The notes below the pieces were generated by a model. The model saw nothing but the letters and a program-made list of their open reading frames with translations. It did no database searches and was not told the origin of the DNA. A program made the position numbers and the translations under genes. Below, piece by piece: positions 50,871 to 64,000 of a stretch of DNA of 64,000 nt. Source of the stretch: Balanoglossus misakiensis (lineage: Eukaryota; Animalia; Hemichordata). Numbering within the stretch: position 1 is the first letter of the stretch; every line of letters begins with the position of its first letter. Location of the stretch: positions 2,225,498 to 2,289,497 of the forward strand of contig CM082589.2 in assembly GCA_040954595.2 (NCBI GenBank), written 5' to 3'.

Positions 50871-53800
50871 ACCGAAATGACGGGATTCCAGTCACCATGC
50901 CACATTCGACATTCATAAAAATTAATGATATCATCAAATTGCTTTGATAATATTTCCGGATGTTTTGCTTGGGCAATCACCAGGACATTCTGCGTTCAGT
51001 TGTAATCAGCGCAATGCAGTTATTTCCTGACAGAAATCTGCAATCTTCCACATATGGACATGGATCACTAAGATTGCAACGTTCCGGCAAAATAAGAGAG
51101 TCTCTTTCAAAGTTAACGAGAATGCAGACTGACTTTTAGCGAGTACTTTTCGTGACCTTAGAAACTGTTCATAGTCGAACACAGAAAATGAATAAAATAA
51201 TCTTCTTACTCTTTGTTTTCTCTTGACAAAATGAGAGTCGTGACTTCTTCGTAAAGTTTAATCCTGCAAGAAAAATAATACATGTGATTGAGCTGAAATT
51301 TATGTCAAAACATAGCACGGATTGGGTCAAAAAATAGTCGCCTGGCTTGACTTTTTCTGTCTGTTAGAAATAGCATATAACCTCTAAAAGATTAATTGGT
51401 CGGCAATTACAAGTTTACGAATTAATCTCTTCCGCTTATAAAGAAAATTAACCGATTTCATTATAAGCCTACAAAGGCAATATGGAATCGACAGGCGATT
51501 GAAATCTTTGGTTTTTACCGACCAGTTCGTTTCACGAGAACTCCTTGATGTGCACTCGGGTCTGTTTTACGGCAATTAGAAAGTCGTAATGATTGTGCAC
51601 TTTCGTAAACCTTTGAGTGTCTATGCGAACGTGATCAAGGGCTAAATGTTGTCTTTTCGATCCGGCTTGCCCTGGCCTCTATTTGCCGTAGATGATATTG
51701 ATGAAATCTCCTGGTGAACATTAAACATTGAGCTCGGGCCTTTTAGAAGTTCATGTTGTTAAGCTAAGGAGGTTGATGGTCGCAGTGAAGTTTCATTGTC
51801 AAGAATACGGGTATTATATCGTCTCATGGGTGTGGTTAATCTTGATATGGTAATGTCGAGGTCCAATTGGGGAAAGGTGTACCTGAATACTGCGCAGAGA
51901 ATTTGAATCGCACATCTGTCTGACTCTCTCTCTCTCTCTATTTCTCTCTCTCTCTACAAACATGTTGATTGACAGTGTCTCTGTCAACACGCTGTCCACC
52001 TTGTTCTAGTCTACAGAGAGTTCGTAATATGCAAATTAACAAAATGGACAGATGCGCAGAGCAACGCACACATTCACCTTTGACCCTAACAAGGTATTCG
52101 TAACAAGTCGACAACGCGACGTCGTCGTCCCGTCATTCTTTCCCTCCACCGAAAGAGTACTTTTTTCTGATAACTTCATTGGGGAAGCACCGTGGCGTTT
52201 TACCTTTATTACGCATCTGCCTCAATCTTGGAGACAGAGAGAGAGAGAGAGTTAATGCGAGCAAACACAGCTGTCGTTTGCACTATTATTCTCCTGTCTG
52301 GACAAAGTTCCAAATCGATTGACGTTTTCTGCAGACAGCGATGGGGACTTCTCGATTCCGATATACTTTATCATCGCACAAAAGGCAAAACTCGTACTTG
52401 ACGACTTCGCCAATCTTGAAGGAGGCGGACTTAATTTGTTTCGGAGCCGCGCGACAAATCTGTTCGTTTAGCGAAGCGATTGGAGGTTTTTCTTGAACCA
52501 TCGTGACAGTCTGGCTGACTTTTCGTGTATTTATCATCAGCCTCGACTGCAATTGAAGTTTCTGAACTTAAAGACGCCAACGTATTATACGTTAGGCCCT
52601 ATATACGTTATACACTCCCGATCATGGATCAATTTCGACACAGCGCAAGATAAACGCCATTAGGAAAGACGAGATTGGCGTCTGTTAAAATGCAAAGCAA
52701 AGACAGGGCAGAGATATGGCCAATGTTCAACGGTGCAGTTAAGATCAATAAAGAAGTGTCGTCTGTCACTGGGTTGATTGACAGGTGGATCAACACGGAG
52801 TGGCGTGCATGCTGCATTCCTCCAGTTTATCAGGAATGAGAAAGTACTGACCATGTGTGTATGTGTGTGTCTCTCTCTTCTCTGTCTCCTTTTATGATTT
52901 CGTACTTCGTACCTATCTACCTTTCTTTAAGCGACAGAACACGAGAAAACGCACTGAATAACGTACATGTACTTGTACGGTACTTTACAGTACACGTATA
53001 ATGCTGTATTTCTGTGTCGTCGTGACAGTGGTATTAATGCTTTGACATCGATTTCTACTTTTCTGTATTGTTAGATCTTCAGTGGAGAGAATCAGGATGA
53101 GAACAGATAAGTAGCGTAAGTTCTCTCAGCCAGTATTTACGATCAGTCACAGTGCATGCTCAGTAGATTACTTGAGCAAACCGCTTGGACAAAAACTGAG
53201 AAAACCTCGCTATGTAAATCATACAATAATCTTTCTAAAACAGCTCTACTTTCACCCAACAATAAATTTTGATTAAGCCATATCATTGTAGCAATCTGCT
53301 TAATAAAGTTTTACATCAAAATAGTTCTACATTTATGTCATATATGTAATTGATATACGTGTTATCACGTTTAATACGTCTGAAAATTGTTCAAAACTAT
53401 AGCGATACTATCTAGTGTCTCTTTTTTATCTGTGTTTAGACTATAACATTCAAAATTATAAGTCGTAAATTTGGAAGCAATATATTATTAGGTGATATTT
53501 ATTTGTCTGTTATTTATTCAGCTAAAATGCTTGCTATGTTGTTTGGAATTTAAATGCGCTGCACAGAAATAAAACATCCAGCAAACAGAAATGCACCACA
53601 CTCACGATATTTGCATACATGTATATGTACAGCCAATACTTCCTGGTTATTTGGGTGCTTAGCATTCTGGGATTGAGGCAGGGTTGGCATTTCGAAGGTA
53701 ATGTAGGTCAACATCAGGTTAGTTTGCGTTTAGAAATCCTCTGTACATTTTCCGCATCGCTGCATACGAAACCGAGATTAATTTCCCTACGATTTTAATT

Positions 53801-56393
53801 TCAACGTGCTAAAAACTATAATTTGTTCATGTCACCGTCGTACATTTTCTATTTCCCTAGATTACTGCTCAGAGCCGACACATCGTGTACTATGGCGCCA
53901 AAACTTCTATCCGGTGTGCTTAATTTGCATAAATTGACGCACAAGTTAAAATGCTAACTGACGCATACTGTCTTACCGGAGTGAACGAAACGTCTGTTCA
54001 TTTTGCAGTTGTCAGCAGACGACATTTTCTTGACAGGTCGCCTGTTGTCAAATTTTCCTTTTCACAATGGCAAATCTTCTCCCAACGCAATTGTATCTGT
54101 AATTAAATTATTAATGTTTTATAATTACTCGTAATTGACGAATGTATGATTCTAAAAGCCTTAATGACATACAGCAACTTCCAGTGACATCTTTAAATTT
54201 GACTGTGATTTGCAAAATGTCATCAATTATGCTGTCAATGGCTGTGATTCTGTGCCTTCCTGGCCACGCTAGCTGTCAATTATGGTCTCGGTGCAGACGA
54301 CAAGCAAACACTGCCAAATCCTCCATATTTCAATATAAAATGTATCTCTGCGATATAAAGGCGCCTTCTGCAGCATGGCCACCATTTTCAAGTTATAAAA
54401 CCGTTCGCTCTGATAGTCTGCGTCCCAAAGGAGTTCTGACGTCTAAGCCTATCGACGGCTGACAGCGGCATAGTCGGCAGTGATTGTCGGCTGCCAGACG
54501 ATGAGCCGTGTTGGTTTTGACGTACTGATTGCCCTTTCAAGATTGAGAGAAAGAAAGAAATAAGCTGACATGTTTCCCAACACTATTATACATATTAGTC
54601 TCTATCCTCGGAAATTAAATGAAAAGGAAGGTGAAAAGGCATTCTATCCACTAAATGAATATACGGAAGATTTTGATCGTTTTATATTTTCCATGGCTTC
54701 TTTTAGATTGTAGATAACATTCGGCCCCATCCCTAACATGCTTTACGGGGGACTCCGGCTGAGATGTATCATCGCACGCACATCACTTTACATAAACTGA
54801 ATTCAATTATTATGCCACTGGCTCTCTGTGGGTTATCAGGTTCTGTTGGTCAGAAGCGAAGCTGTCCACGAGCTAGACGTATTGTTTGCCCCAGGACGGT
54901 CAAAATACGACAATAAAAGCTCAAACAATATAGAAATGAAGAAATTAACCGAGCACTATAAAAGTGGGGAAGGAGACGCTTTATTCGGGCCATAAAGAAA
55001 CAAAGTATAGTTGATAGGCCTTTGTAAAAATGTAAGGGTCTCTCGGTGTTCGATGAGAAATCGTTAAACGAATGTAAATACGATCAAGTCACTGATGAAG
55101 TCACACCCGGGGTACTGGAAGTCGTATGATCGGTGATTGCAAATCGTAGGTTGTAAATGATTAGCGTTACAACTGTAAGACAACCCGAATAGAAATGTTT
55201 ACGTCTGAGCAAGATTTTATAGGCTGGCCTGTTCGTCCTTGTGATCTTCATGATTAAAAGCGACAGTGGGGAGATTATTCTTAAATCTGTGAGTACACGC
55301 GCAATTAATATTCATTTCTAAGAAAGCGTGTTTAAAACAATACAACCAGTGAAGATTACCCACAATTAGAGACCTCGCGGTTTTTTTGACTATTCGAGAA
55401 AATGTCTTGCATTTTATAAGATAGAATCTTATATTTATCGACACGTTCGTTAAGTTTTCTTAATTCTTTTAATTATAATTTACATTCACAGGAATTGCCA
55501 GGGATATATCCGACACAGACAGAAAGCGAATACGATGTAGTGTGTGGTGAATGATAAGCCACGCGTCACTTTTGCACAGAAAACGTCTTAAGACGACTGG
55601 ATGAGGTATTACACAGGATGGCAATTTCAATGAATGCATTGCTGTCGTTAAACTCGCTTGATGGAACTCATTCCACGGAAATTTCACTTTGTGAAATAGT
55701 ATTTTCATGAAATTTCACACAAATCTGCTCTTACCTCGGTTGACCTTTACTATACTTCGAAACAGCTTTGTTACTATGGCAGCAAATTCGCAGTTTATTG
55801 AGGCTTGACCAATGTCGGCGTTATTTGCTCAATTGGTAAATCGTACATAGAACTGTCGCTATCTGTTATATTTCTGTCATGTAGCACTGATTGGAATGCT
55901 AAAGGCTAAAATATTTTCACTCGGCCAATTTATCAAACGTAAAAGAAAACTTTTTGTATCGTATTGTCACTACACTAAGTCAAACGTATAATGCTATGTT
56001 TATATATGTTTATTTATTTATATTTATATACTCCCCTGTCAAAACGAGAACTAGTCGGAGAGGTGAGATTTCACTGCGCGTCGCCAGGAAGGATTAGGCC
56101 GCTCATCTGATGGTGATGCGAGAGATAAGACGTTGATGCAAGGAATGGATCATTGTTAAATGCATTCATGCGTGTGAACTTACCCGCCCGTCGTATTTTG
56201 CTTATTCATTTGCTTAAAAGCCGGACAGGAAACCCGTCCATGACAAATATTTCACAGAGAGATGTGTAATGTTTAAATTACATCGGCATTTACGATCGAT
56301 TCATGGATATGGAAACGGGTCACAGCGAGTGAGATTTCCTGACATATACACTGAATTAATGCATAAATTAATGAAGAAGCTTTTCTTCATAGA

Positions 56394-56479
56394 TACATGT
56401 ATAGAAATGATATCTGCATACATGTATATGCATGCATACATACATGTACATAATACATACATACATGTACATAGTACAT
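56394..56479. repeat. TACATGTA/TACA-rich low-complexity tract
   Basis: Four TACATGTA copies interleaved with CATA units. Confidence 0.8.
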
Positions 56480-59359
56480 TTAAATTACCATTCAACCCTA
56501 CAACAAGAACGGTTGGCACTTTCTTGAAAATGACACATCCTCGAATGGTGTCTGTATTCATCACCGCTCACTTCGCAGACAAACACAACAAATCGGTGAT
56601 ACCACAGTTCTACAACCATCAATCATTTATGAAGGTTGCAAGATGACAAGGCACACTACAGGTCAAGGCTCCCGAGACCGTAATACTGCCACTAAAATGT
56701 ACGCATTTAATTTCCAAAATACAGAATTGACTTGTTAAAAAACACAGTTACACTTAAGGCGGCCGCCGGGTATTAAATTCTATTCCAGCAGTATCTCTTT
56801 ATGTTTCCAAAGTAATCCTACATTTGAACGTCTGCTGAATTTTTACATGTGATACTATTGGAATTTATTTCAGGGCGGAATAGCTTTGTGGAAAATTGTC
56901 TCGCTTTAATGCGAGCCAGTTAAATCGAGAACACGTGTTTGAATCTAAAATGTAATTTCTCTAGACATTCATAAGCGTGGTTATTATGACAAAAATCACA
57001 CCCTCTGCGGAGTTAGACAACATGCATTCATTGCTTCAGTTTGATAAAAAGGTGTTTTGTCGTATTTGCGCATAACAAGGTATTCACACACGCGACAAGA
57101 GCAAAGAAAGTGCATTGTTAAAATAATCAAAGGAAGCCTGTGTTACTGAATGATTTATGAGTTCCTGACAGTTACTACATTATACAAAAGATAAAACATT
57201 AACAATTGCATTTCCTATTATGGCAAAACTCTTATGACTACCCTTTTACCGACCATTTGAGGTTCTTATCAGATCTAAGTAATACGAAGTTCCTCTGTGG
57301 AACATAATTCATATATGGCTGCACTTTTCTTAATTGACATCTTAATGTGCGAATACTGACAAACAACAGCAATAATAGCTTTTCTAGACGTTAAGTATTT
57401 TCCAAGTAAGTGAAACCAGGTATTTCTAACCGGATCATCGACTAATATGGCCACGTATACCATATAAGCCGATATGAGCTGAAAATGTCATGCTTCGAAG
57501 CAATTTATTAAATATGCAAATTAAGGCTGACTTATCACCACATAGCTAATATCTTAATTGAATTTGGGTATGAATGAGGGCGTGTACATGTACGTGCTTT
57601 TATCGCTTTTAATTTGCCCTTGTTGTAGACAAGCAACACCTGAAGTTGTTCCCTAAGAGCCTTCGCTGGCAGTGACTGCTCTTTTGCCCAACACATCTGC
57701 CAAACGGCAAGCAACAAGCAATCACTTATGTGTCATATTCTAATTATGGCGCGAGCTCATCTAACCTCATTTGTCAAACCCAGCCTACATATAAGCCATA
57801 TATTAACGAGGTAATTAAGCCAACTCTCTGACACTATAAACGTGCATCGCACCTTATACCCTTTACAAGCACTGCTAGGCTTTTCGGTATTAAGAAGTTC
57901 TAAATCAGCGTTATGGTTTTTTGTCATTCAAGAAATAATCACCCCATCGCTTTCTGTAGATGCGTTTCAAATCGTTGCTTTACCCACAATAAGCACGATC
58001 GGGCAACACCGATTCATTATGTCTTATCAATAATGATTTACGATCTCGTACTTTGGAATCCAAGCACACAAACAAGATAGCGACGGGCTTTTGTATAAGA
58101 CGATGCTTTCCTTTTGCAGTAATCTATTTTATTTCAAACCAGCTCAGCTCAAATCCTTCGGAATCCCTATGCTGTACGCTCCATGTTTTGCATATGAAAA
58201 GATTGGCTCTGTTCAACGTACGCGAGGACGATAGGTGAACCCGGTGTGTGGACGTAGATCAGTGACAGCGTTTCATATCATACAAGTTGATATCTCACGA
58301 ACATATAACTTACTTTATTTTCATCATCCCATCAGTCCGACAACGAATTTAGGTTGACGTTGTTACTTCGTCTAGATTCCTGCAAAGTCAAGAGAAACCG
58401 ACAATGATGCAAATTGTGTTTATTAACATAATAACCACCCAGTAAGAAGTGAAACCTAATTAGCATAGACAGTCCTACCGTGTAAGAGACCGGGGTCAGA
58501 GATATAATGACAATACAAAGCACGCCGGACACTTGAGTGACCATGCACAAATCAAACAATATATCAATGTTTCTGCTGTTTTGAATGTTATACATACCCC
58601 TTAGATGACTGCTGGTCACTGCGTCTCACGTGACTAAACAAGCAAGACGCATCACGCAGACAACACAGGCACAGACCTTCTGCCATTTTGTATGTGCTAG
58701 TTTTCTGTCGGTCAATGCGCATGTCTGTTGTAAAATTTAGGTACATTCGCGTCAGTAGTTGTATTGATTTCGGCTTTAGTTCCATCATAACCTGCTACTT
58801 TTAAAAATGTATATTTGGGAAGGATAAAAATGATTGTTTGCAAACACGACAGCCTGAGTCTAGCCCGGAAGTAATATTGACCAATGAGAGCGATCATGTC
58901 ATAGCCAATCAGATTCCGCTCTTCTATGGCGGTGTGCCATCACCTGCTTCTTTGTGCTTGTCACTGAGAGGCAGGGTACCAGTCAGCTGCTTGATACTGG
59001 ACGACGGTCAATATTAATCACCGTTACCTATTTTCTTCTTCTTATATTGACTTACCTAGGCAACGGGAACGTGAACTTGCGACAGCATGGTGATTGTGTA
59101 CAGACCATGGCCTCAGCGTTGACATAGTAACATTGTCACCACTAATCGGATTGCATCTTGCACCTGAGCTTCCAGGAAGTGTATCGATTACACTTTATAT
59201 TTCCATGACAATAAACCCATTGGTATAATTTTTTTCTGCCCGGCGAATTTTCCTTTATTTGATGTCACGTGGCAAGTACAGTTTAATATACGTATTCTTT
59301 ACAAGGAGCAAACTTTGAGGACATATTACGAATAAATAAGGACGTTCATGCTGTTAGAT

Positions 59360-59448
<89 letters not shown>
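59360..59448. repeat. (TGA)~29 perfect microsatellite
   Basis: Directly visible; source of the poly-His and poly-Ser ORFs. Confidence 0.99.
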
Positions 59449-60560
59449 GTCTGACTTTCCATCCCGTTGTTCTGTGTATATCATTCGACTCAACCCATAC
59501 ACGCAAACTTCCAATCGCTGCATCATGGAGCAGGTGAAATATAGAATGCAACCCTGCCTTTTAAGTAACCATATTTTTACTCTTAATGACTCAGTTGCGC
59601 CAAAGGACAGAAGGATATGACGTGTGCCTTCGACTAAGATAGATAGAAGAAGGGCGTGTGACGCGTTTAGTTCCGACGGGCCGATGCATTATTGGCCCAG
59701 TTATTGCCTTAAATGGCACCCACCGCGAGCGATCAACTGAAGATTGCCGCCCCTCATTTTATTTTGACTACTAATACGGTGACCTTTGAGTTTGGGGATT
59801 TCTATTTCGTTGGCAGAATTGGACCTTCAAACAAGACATCTTTCTTCATTTGAACGTACACGCATACGTGTAAATACACTCAACGCATCGCGGACGTATT
59901 TGCAAAAGCACGCAAATAGTAAGTCGTATTTCATGGTTATTTTATCCACAGCCCTCTTCCTCCTAAATTGTATTCCGGGTTATTCATTGCTTTGTGGATT
60001 TTGCCCTGCCTAGGGGGCACTGCAGGAATGCAAATGCTGTTATCAACTGATTTGAAATTGACAAGATGATTGTATGAATTAACCATCAATCGGAAAAACC
60101 TATCACCAGGGCCGGGTGCCGCGGAATTGATTACACGGCTGGCGAGCTACACCAGAGCCCTCCAAATCCGAGCATGACCTTTTGCTTGTACTCACTAATT
60201 TCGGTCCATTGTCCGTGGCAAAGTGGCGCTGTGGGGAGAGTACACGGGGCAGTTGTAACCTCACAAAGGAACCATTTAACTCCATCGCATTTATTCAGTT
60301 GTCACAGCGACTAACTGCGACCATATCATCGTCTAAATTACCCCTATTCAGACTTAGTTCCTGAGTGAAATTCTTTGTTGCTGACAGGCGGAAGGAAATT
60401 TCGTGACGTTTGTGCCCAGTCTCAGATATGTTATTACCTCAAGATTGGTAGACGCTTGTGTAGTAAGTAAATGTGCAAATGACACATTGATGATATAGTA
60501 GGAAATTCTCGTCCTTGTCCTCATGTAAAAAGGTATGCAAATTATGCAAAATAATGTAAA

Positions 60561-60565
<5 letters not shown>

Positions 60566-60598
<33 letters not shown>
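60566..60598. repeat. (GA)16 microsatellite
   Basis: Directly visible. Shorter CT/GA tracts lie near 51922-51955, 52235-52250 and 61670-61687. Confidence 0.97.
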
Positions 60599-60600
<2 letters not shown>

Positions 60601-63600
60601 CATATATTTATGTGCGGTATTGATGTTGTTAAAATGTTATCAATTCATGAAAATTGCTCGTCGTATCCCTCATTTATATTCATTATAAGTGAGCTCAAAA
60701 TCCAACGGTATATTCTGTTAGGCAAAATCCAATTGTCCAACGACAGACTCATCACACATCCAGAACCTCAACACATCATGCCAGCTGAAAACACATTCAC
60801 TTAACTGCTTTGCCGCTCGTCTTCGCGGATGTGAGAAAAGCAAAATCGTTCATTTGAAAAGCAAATCAAATCAAATTTGTCAAGAAACTCAGCTCACGAT
60901 CCAGGCGATAAATTTTCTTGCAGAATTGACTCGCTGGATTGGGCTTTAACTGATTGTGGTACTGCGCATGCTCCCGGGGTTTTCCATAAATTGCAGCTGA
61001 TAGGGATCGGGATTTGTGGTATGGCTGCAATAGCGACTATATTGAAGGCTAAACGCAATTCTGTAAATTGCCCGTGGAAAAAACCTCGCCTTTTAATACG
61101 GATTAGACCCTGGCAATTGCGTTTGCGAGTTAATTAATCATTCGGCAGCTTTGCATAGCACCAGCGACCAGCCCCTTTTGTTTGCCAAACAAAAACATTC
61201 TCTATTTTTCAATGACTGGGCGTGTTTAGGGCCAACAAAAGAAAAAAAACCTTCTGGAGGAAAGACAGGCAGATTGAGTGAAATGAGAGGTTTTCTTGAC
61301 TGATGTGAACAAAAATGAATGGGCGCAATTGACAGTGGAATCGATTCCCTTCTACTCGTATCGTGGCTTGAATCGATGATTTTAATAAAGACGCCTACAA
61401 CCGCGGGGACGGGCCGCGGGATAAAGTGAGTTCCGCCCGAGGTGTAAAATTTCATGGCGGAGATGAACATTTCGGGGGACGTCAATTTCGTTGTTCATTT
61501 TGTCGGGGAGTGGATTTCTCGATCGATTTGGTTTTTGTTCATTCGGTGGAAAGATGTGCGAATCGAGTCCTTATTGTAGATATCGAGATGGAGATGGGAA
61601 GATTTCATTTCTTTGCTTGTTCCTCTTATTGATCAGGATGCCCATGATTTAAAACCCATCTTACTCTCATCTCTCTCTCTCTCTCTCCGCCCCACTTTTC
61701 GAGGATTCTTCACCATGTTACCACTCACAAAACCGGCTGTGACAGGTTTCTGTCGGTGGTTCTTACTGAGTAAGGCTGGATGAGAAAACTCTGTATTCGC
61801 TTCTGTCAGAAGCCTGCACTTGACATCGGGCATGCAACTGTCATTCCTGTCGGATTTTATTTCTGCAAATGGGACAGGATATTTGCTTGCATGGGCACAG
61901 CACTCAACATGCTCCCCCCTAAATTGCCTGCAATGTATTTGTGTATGTAGGCTCAGAATCGCAACACCGTGTGATTTTTGTTCATTCCGTATATGGCCAG
62001 CGCCTTTGCCTAATGATTATTAAAGTGTATCATAAAGAAAGCACGGATAATCGTACGTCACGCTTCAAAACACGGCGGTAGAAATTACATTGCTTTTAGG
62101 CCATAAACCCTGGCTTTTCCTCGGCGGAAATTTGCAGGGACCCTAGTACTTTCACGGTCTCCCTCCCACTTCCTCTCGCGTGTCACTTCAGCGGTGAAAC
62201 TCCAGTTCCCCGCCAATTACATTTTCAAGGGAGCGCGTAACACAGTAGGTCGCGCCTGACAAACGCGGAGCACAAACACGGACGGGCGGAAAAGCGTTAT
62301 TCATGAAATGCACAATCGAGCTGATCAGAAATGTACATTTATGGCGAGCGTCTGAATACGGAAACAGACCATGGCACCAGCGTATCCGAGACGTCCCACG
62401 CTAAGTGCCTTCGTTGAAATGTAACACCACCGACAGTCTCAACACACACGGTCGCTACAACCATCCAGAATATCGTCATCTTTACGCGAATTGGATTACA
62501 ATCTAATCACAAACACCTGAGATACTCCAACTGTACACGACATATTTTATCGCCCTTTCACGGAGAGTCGGATTTTCACTTCAAAGCTTGATAGCCGGTA
62601 CCCATGTGATCTTTTTGAAATGTCAGAATTTGGCTTTTAAAAACTTCTCACTAAAACAGTTATGTACCATCAGACTATAGTGGCGGCAGGCGTTCACTGG
62701 CAGTTTTAATAAAAACGTGAATTATTCAAAATCTTACACGGCAATAATATGAGAGTAGGAGTGATATTAAATGTAAACTTAAGTGTTGGATCTATGGGAA
62801 AGTGAACAGTCCTACACCATACTTAACAATTCACATAAAGGAGTTATTTTTCGATTTCAACATTGATAAGTACAACCGGAAGAAATATAGTCCGAGCTTA
62901 TCAGAAATATTAACCTTCCGAGTCCACGGGCATGATATGGTTGAATACGCGCAAAAACGGTTAGGGACAAATCTTTGCTTCAAAGGGGGTTAAAGACAAG
63001 CCTACCAAGAGGACTGAGTCTTCTTTTCCAGGAAAGACAGTTGCGGAAGCCGATGTGTTCAACCATGCAGAAGGGAAATATAAACAGGGAATATTCAACA
63101 TGCTAGCGGTCATGAGGCATCTGTCCAAAAATAAATCACTGTCACCAAAGTACACCATGCGTACCCGCCAGGTCAACCGGCAAAACACTAAAATGAAGTG
63201 CTTAAATTTATAAAATTCGGCGATAATGACCAAGAATTTCAGCCAACAGACAGGATTACCTGTAGGGGCGCCCTGTTATCAACTAATCAAAAACTGTAAA
63301 TATCTACGCGCCGGTTTTTAAAAAAATATTGTGTCAACTAAGTCGATCTTTTGGCGGTAAAAGACTGTTCAAAGGAATAATAAATCTTACTAAAATTTTA
63401 AAATTGCATGATTCGGGTGAACATGAGTACATAAATCAAATTCACGATGAGTGACATAAATAATTCGAGATTAAAATGTAGTACCCCGTTGAGATGATGG
63501 GCGATCCGGTGCCTCAAAAAGGGTATTTCGTATTTCTTTTATTTTCCATGTATAGTACACATTTCCAAGAAATTCACCGGTTTAAAAGAACCAGTCGCCT

Positions 63601-64000
63601 AGTCCGCGGTCATGGCATGATCTTGATGGTATATACAGGGGTGGTTTTTGAAATTTCGAATTTAAAATGGCGGCTTTTAGATGTCGTCTGCTCATAAATC
63701 GATGGCTCATTTACAGCACCCGTATTACTCTAAGCCAAAAGACGTATGCCCACCGGACAAACGTTGCACAATTGGGTCAACACAAGGGCTCTCGCAATTA
63801 GTTCTCTGCAAAATTGCTTTTTCTCGAGTAAGTAACGTCTCTTTTTTCACCGCTCGTACCCAGACGTGTAATTTTATCGCGATTCTGATCTTCAAGTCGT
63901 GCGAGAGTCGTCCATTAATGCCAACGCTTTTTTCAGAGAATTGCATTTTTTGTGAAGATGGCTAATGGCTTTTATATCCTAAAAGCCAGCAAATTGCACC

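Noticed and set aside
53609-53930. Octamer plus Staf/ZNF143-like site (GCATTCTGGGA at 53662), like an snRNA distal element
   Set aside because: No snRNA or tRNA-Sec sequence is recognisable on either side.
54454-54510. GC-rich fold-back as a possible pre-miRNA
   Set aside because: The stem relies on many G-U pairs and large bulges, and matches no miRNA I know.
59326-59551. Poly-His and poly-Ser ORFs
   Set aside because: Translation of the (TGA)n microsatellite.
1-64000. CRISPR arrays, operons, defence systems, tRNA/rRNA, transposase or reverse transcriptase ORFs
   Set aside because: None seen. The DNA is eukaryotic, the repeats lack spacer structure, and no ORF shows such domains.

Overview
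Eukaryotic, gene-sparse animal DNA. CpG is not visibly depleted, introns are short GT-AG, and TACATGTA motifs and microsatellites are frequent. This points to a marine invertebrate, probably a non-vertebrate deuterostome; the taxon is inferred. Two protein genes are well supported: (1) a six-coding-exon thiopurine S-methyltransferase (TPMT) on + at 6762-8416 (285 aa), with a probable non-coding first exon ending at 3420; (2) an intronless Beta3/BHLHE22-23 neural bHLH factor on - at 30965-30264, lying in about 55 kb with no other recognisable gene. A 2.9-kb, almost A-free CCTG/TCTG/CCCG array with higher-order structure (14360-17278) explains all the very long ORFs. The best leads are this array, a chain of canonical minus-strand exons diverging head-to-head from TPMT (3159 to 661), the symmetric and possibly bidirectional bHLH promoter, and TPMT structural oddities. 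I see no prokaryote-type system, CRISPR array, tRNA/rRNA or intact transposon, and I cannot demonstrate a new biological system from sequence alone.
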